A model generated the notes under the pieces. That model had not been told where the DNA came from. It saw only the letters and a program-made list of their open reading frames with translations, and ran no database searches. A program made the translations under genes and the position numbers. Positions 55,616-59,366 of a stretch of 59,366 nt of DNA are shown here, piece after piece (the stretch's first letter is position 1; the number at the start of each line of letters is the position of its first letter). The stretch is from a virus (taxonomy: Duplodnaviria; Caudoviricetes), in IMG/VR virus record IMGVR_UViG_3300046779_001979, positions 1 through 59,366 of that record. One strand, given 5' to 3'.

Positions 55616-58600
55616 TTAAGAACAATTTAATGCTCGATACATTGCTTCAACTGTCCAAGTTCCTGACGATACAATCGCATTTAATGCACCTGCAGAAGAA
55701 ACTGTAAATGTTACATTTGATGTATCACCTAAATCAGGAGTTGTGGTTTCTGTAAATCTCGAATTTGAACCGTCCCATATTGCAACAATTGTTCCGGCCC
55801 TTCTATTAACACCACTTTTAACCACATAATCAAAAGTTGCACCATCATATCCACTTACCGTAAAAATTGTTGATGTTCCCGATGATACTGTTAAACATGT
55901 AGCATCAATCTTTGCATTTTTAATAAGTTGTGAACCATCAAATGCGTTTGAACCTGTGGTTGCATATCCGTAATTATATACCTGAATACTACTACTAACA
56001 ATACCACTTCCCGCAGTACTGATGTTTGAGAAGTTAATCGAACCGCTAATGATATGTCCACCCTTCGCAACATTCAAATGACCTGCAACAGGTGTTGTAA
56101 ATCCAACTTCAATATTGTTTGAATCTATCGATGTCACTCTATCAGGCATTATAATGTTTTTATTAACATCATAAATCGTAACAATTGGATAGTCCGCACC
56201 TAAATCGTGTTGTAATGACCAAGTTGCCGCAGATGTAAAGAATTGTGTCATTCCACCAGGACCTGTTCCTAATGATGCAACCGCTTTACCTGACTGTGCA
56301 GATGGGAATGTTATTGTTGTGGTCGAACTATCAACCATTATTATTTCAGATGGTATGATAACTTTACCAAATGAATCAAACACTTGAACAATTGGATATT
56401 TTTGACCTAAATTGTGGTTGAAACTCCAAGTGGCTGCTAATGTTGTTTGATTTAATGTTGCATATCCACCATCACTAATACCGCCACCAGTTGAACCTGT
56501 TAATGCGGTAATTCTTGAATCTAAAGATGATGATATTTCTGTTAAATCAAATGTTAATTCTTTAACATAACCATTACCATTTGTATCTACTGTAGAAGAT
56601 GAGATGTGAATACCACCTAAACCTATAATTTCAAATGCATCTGAACCAGTTGCACTTAATACAGGTGAACCTGAAACAAATATATCCTTAAAGTGTGAAC
56701 CAATTGAAATAAACGCAGTACCTGGGTCGTTTTCATTTACATTTAAACCTGTACTGTCATCAAATTGTAACTTTGTAAATGTTTTGTTGTACGTGTTTCC
56801 ACTAATATCTGAACCACTAATGTAGAATGGAACACCCGTTAAACCTGTTGCATCTCCAATAAATGAACCCGTAAATGAACCTGTTGTGTATGATGATGTG
56901 AAACTATTAAAATCACTTCTCACACTTCCACTTTCTGTTTCTAATGCAGATATTCTTGGGTTAATACTTGAAGTATATGATTCGAATGTTGTCTCATTCA
57001 ATTTTCCTGTACCAACAACAACACCATTTAAATAAAGAGAACCTGTTATATTAACACTACCTGTAAATTCGTGATTATCATCTAATGTATCACCAAATTT
57101 TGTAGAACCTGATGTGTACATCACAGATGACGTTACAAATGTTGTGTGAAATTCTTGTGCAGTTATTGTACCCGCAACATTTAATGAACCTGTTACATTT
57201 ACATTATTACCATTCGTATCGATTATGATATTTCCGTTGTGATAAATTTTAGGAGTATCAACATAGTTACCCGCGGTTACATCATATTGTACATCAATTG
57301 ATTCTTCAAATCTTGCACCATTGTTAAATTTTGCACTTCCACTAAATTGATACACTCTTCCTGGGTCAATTGTTTGTGTATTAAAACCAATTTGTTTTGA
57401 ACCACTAATAGTAATTTGTGGATTTTGCCAAGAGTTACTTGTGAAAATGTGTACATCAGATGAACCATTACTTAATCCAATTGTACCGATATATAAATCA
57501 TCGGATGCCGCATATAGATATGAGTCATTTTCAAACCCAACATATCCAGCATTATAGGTACTTGAGTTAATACCTAAGTCAACATAATGTGTGTTATCCG
57601 TTACATTATCCGCACCAATAATTAAATCGGTACTAGCAGTGTTACCTGAATTTATATTTGCGATATATGTTTGATAGAAGTTGTCAATATTACCTAACGC
57701 AACAATACCATTGTAACTTCCTGAGTTATAAACGTGAACAACTTCAGGATTATTGATGTCACCGTATACTGGAATTTCTCCAATGTTTAATGGACCTGAT
57801 ACATATAATGAACCTGTAATTTCAGAATCGGTATTAACTTTAAATCCGTCTGTATTTGAAATTGATGCGGTTGCACTTCCGTCAGCAATTTGTGATAAAT
57901 TTAATCCTGTAACACCACTTGCCGGAACATTATATAAACCTGAACCATCCCCAATAAAACTACCTGTGAATGAACTAGTATTATAAGATGATGTGAAAGA
58001 ATTAAAATCACTTCTAATACTTCCACTTTCAATTTCTAAATTATCTAATCTTAAATCATCTGAATTATCAGTTGATGCTATTGATGCTGATAGTGCGTTA
58101 ATAGAACTTGAAACCAATGTATCAATTGATGAACTGAATGTTAAAAAACCAGTTGTTCCTGTAATATCAATCTGTGAAGAACCTGAAACTAATGTCGGTA
58201 CGTTAGTTAAATTAGAATAATCAATTGAACCTGTTAATCCACCAATAACATTTAATGAACCTGTTATTTCGTAGCTACCATTTAAAGATTTACCCGATTC
58301 CCATTTTAATGTGTTACTATTGTAAACTAATAAGTCATTATCTTCTTGATTTATTACATCAACATCTGATAAGTCAAATAATCTTTGTGTTGGTACAGTA
58401 CCTCCACCACCAGAGCCTCCAATACTTCTGAATAATCCACCAGGAATTATTGTGTATTTATTTGGTTGTGTAAAATCACCGTTACCTGCAATAATAATAC
58501 TACCTAAATAAACTGCATTTTGTTTTGTGTTTTCAGTTTCAATAAATGGTTCAATTGATAAATTATCAATTGCTTCACGTATTGTACTATAGATTGCGTT

Positions 58601-59366
58601 ACCATAATAAACCACAACACCTTTTGTTGCACTATTTGGATACCAAAATATTCTTTGAATGGTATAATCGCCGGCAACAGATGTTAAAACACCATTATTA
58701 ACATATTTTGTTGGGTCGATTTCCGTGTAACCCGCACCACCATTTGTATCTTGAACAAATGTGTTACCCGATACTTGATAGTATCTAAATATTTTTGAAA
58801 CCGCGGTTCCTGAATCGGTAATATATGATGGATTATTTGGGTCATTTTGGTAATTTCTACCATCAGCAAATGCTGTACCTGAACCAACATTCAAACCTAA
58901 TGAACCTGTTGTTACTATATTTAAACCAGATAATTTTAATGGACCAAATGCCTTAACAAAATCATATGTTCTTTGTTTGTAACCATATGCAACATTTGGA
59001 TATGTTATAGACGCATTTACCGTTGATTGGTTTTGATGTATAACAGTACCTAATGTAATTAAAGTATTATACTGTGTTGCAATAAATGGTGAATTTGATT
59101 GAACTATTTGACCGTTTTCATCAATTGCCAAATATGTTTGTACATGTGATGTTCTATATGTTAAAGTTTGACCAGTAAATGCGTTCCAATTCACGTATTT
59201 AACGGTTGGGTATGGATTGTCAGTTAAACTCGCATTTAAATTAACAATAATACCACTACCAGCATCAATATTAAATGTGGTGCTTCCTGTTGTTGCAGTA
59301 ATTTTACCACCATTTAAAAGACCACTATATAAATTACCTTCTATCCAACGTAAACGAGTTGTATTT
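55616..59366 (-). CDS. Large virion structural/fibre-like protein, start lies beyond the window
   Basis: Frame stays open from 59194 to the window end. Shares modules with fibres 1-3 (ESGSIRSDFNSFTSS, FTGSFIGD, SGVTGLNLSQIADG, FGD..DD.HEFTGS); has twin W...HNLG..YP.V repeats; no GTS blocks in the visible part. Confidence 0.72.
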   Translation of the reverse strand, partial: NTTRLRWIEGNLYSGLLNGGKITATTGSTTFNIDAGSGIIVNLNASLTDNPYPTVKYVNWNAFTGQTLTYRTSHVQTYLAIDENGQIVQSNSPFIATQYNTLITLGTVIHQNQSTVNASITYPNVAYGYKQRTYDFVKAFGPLKLSGLNIVTTGSLGLNVGSGTAFADGRNYQNDPNNPSYITDSGTAVSKIFRYYQVSGNTFVQDTNGGAGYTEIDPTKYVNNGVLTSVAGDYTIQRIFWYPNSATKGVVVYYGNAIYSTIREAIDNLSIEPFIETENTKQNAVYLGSIIIAGNGDFTQPNKYTIIPGGLFRSIGGSGGGGTVPTQRLFDLSDVDVINQEDNDLLVYNSNTLKWESGKSLNGSYEITGSLNVIGGLTGSIDYSNLTNVPTLVSGSSQIDITGTTGFLTFSSSIDTLVSSSINALSASIASTDNSDDLRLDNLEIESGSIRSDFNSFTSSYNTSSFTGSFIGDGSGLYNVPASGVTGLNLSQIADGSATASISNTDGFKVNTDSEITGSLYVSGPLNIGEIPVYGDINNPEVVHVYNSGSYNGIVALGNIDNFYQTYIANINSGNTASTDLIIGADNVTDNTHYVDLGINSSTYNAGYVGFENDSYLYAASDDLYIGTIGLSNGSSDVHIFTSNSWQNPQITISGSKQIGFNTQTIDPGRVYQFSGSAKFNNGARFEESIDVQYDVTAGNYVDTPKIYHNGNIIIDTNGNNVNVTGSLNVAGTITAQEFHTTFVTSSVMYTSGSTKFGDTLDDNHEFTGSVNITGSLYLNGVVVGTGKLNETTFESYTSSINPRISALETESGSVRSDFNSFTSSYTTGSFTGSFIGDATGLTGVPFYISGSDISGNTYNKTFTKLQFDDSTGLNVNENDPGTAFISIGSHFKDIFVSGSPVLSATGSDAFEIIGLGGIHISSSTVDTNGNGYVKELTFDLTEISSSLDSRITALTGSTGGGISDGGYATLNQTTLAATWSFNHNLGQKYPIVQVFDSFGKVIIPSEIIMVDSSTTTITFPSAQSGKAVASLGTGPGGMTQFFTSAATWSLQHDLGADYPIVTIYDVNKNIIMPDRVTSIDSNNIEVGFTTPVAGHLNVAKGGHIISGSINFSNISTAGSGIVSSSIQVYNYGYATTGSNAFDGSQLIKNAKIDATCLTVSSGTSTIFTVSGYDGATFDYVVKSGVNRRAGTIVAIWDGSNSRFTETTTPDLGDTSNVTFTVSSAGALNAIVSSGTWTVEAMYRALNCS

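Noticed and set aside
1-59366. Stop-codon reassignment, tRNA/rRNA genes, transposases or integrases
   Set aside because: Standard-code ORFs tile the window almost completely with intact domains; no RNA gene or mobile-element signature was recognised by eye (tRNAscan/Infernal not run).

Overview
AT-rich (roughly 30% GC by eye), gene-dense segment that looks like part of a large tailed-phage genome. This is an inference from tail-fibre-like genes, overlapping stop/start codons and the absence of housekeeping genes; the lack of Shine-Dalgarno motifs would fit a Bacteroidota-type host but does not prove it. Layout: (i) 1-5906 (+) nucleotide-sugar/glycosylation operon ending at a hairpin shared with the convergent strand; (ii) 5899-59366 (-) three paralogous cassettes, each a fibre with long (G-T/S-S)n repeats followed by three lectin-like accessory proteins, with a ~29 kb block of tailoring enzymes between cassettes 1 and 2. 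That block holds 8 radical SAM proteins with N-terminal SPASM/Twitch-like domains, 3 2OG-Fe(II) oxygenases, a carbamoyltransferase, an APS kinase, methyltransferases, many glycosyltransferases and a TibC/Aah-like protein O-heptosyltransferase. Best candidate for an undescribed system: a 630-aa protein (23790-25682) with a permuted ATP-grasp-like domain and two tandem Hint domains of complementary catalytic competence that flank a hexapeptide (LGISGS). It heads an operon whose eight unrelated enzymes all end in a similar C-terminal tag (typically K-x-[LI]-[ILF]-COOH). All assignments come from motif recognition by eye; no database searches were run.
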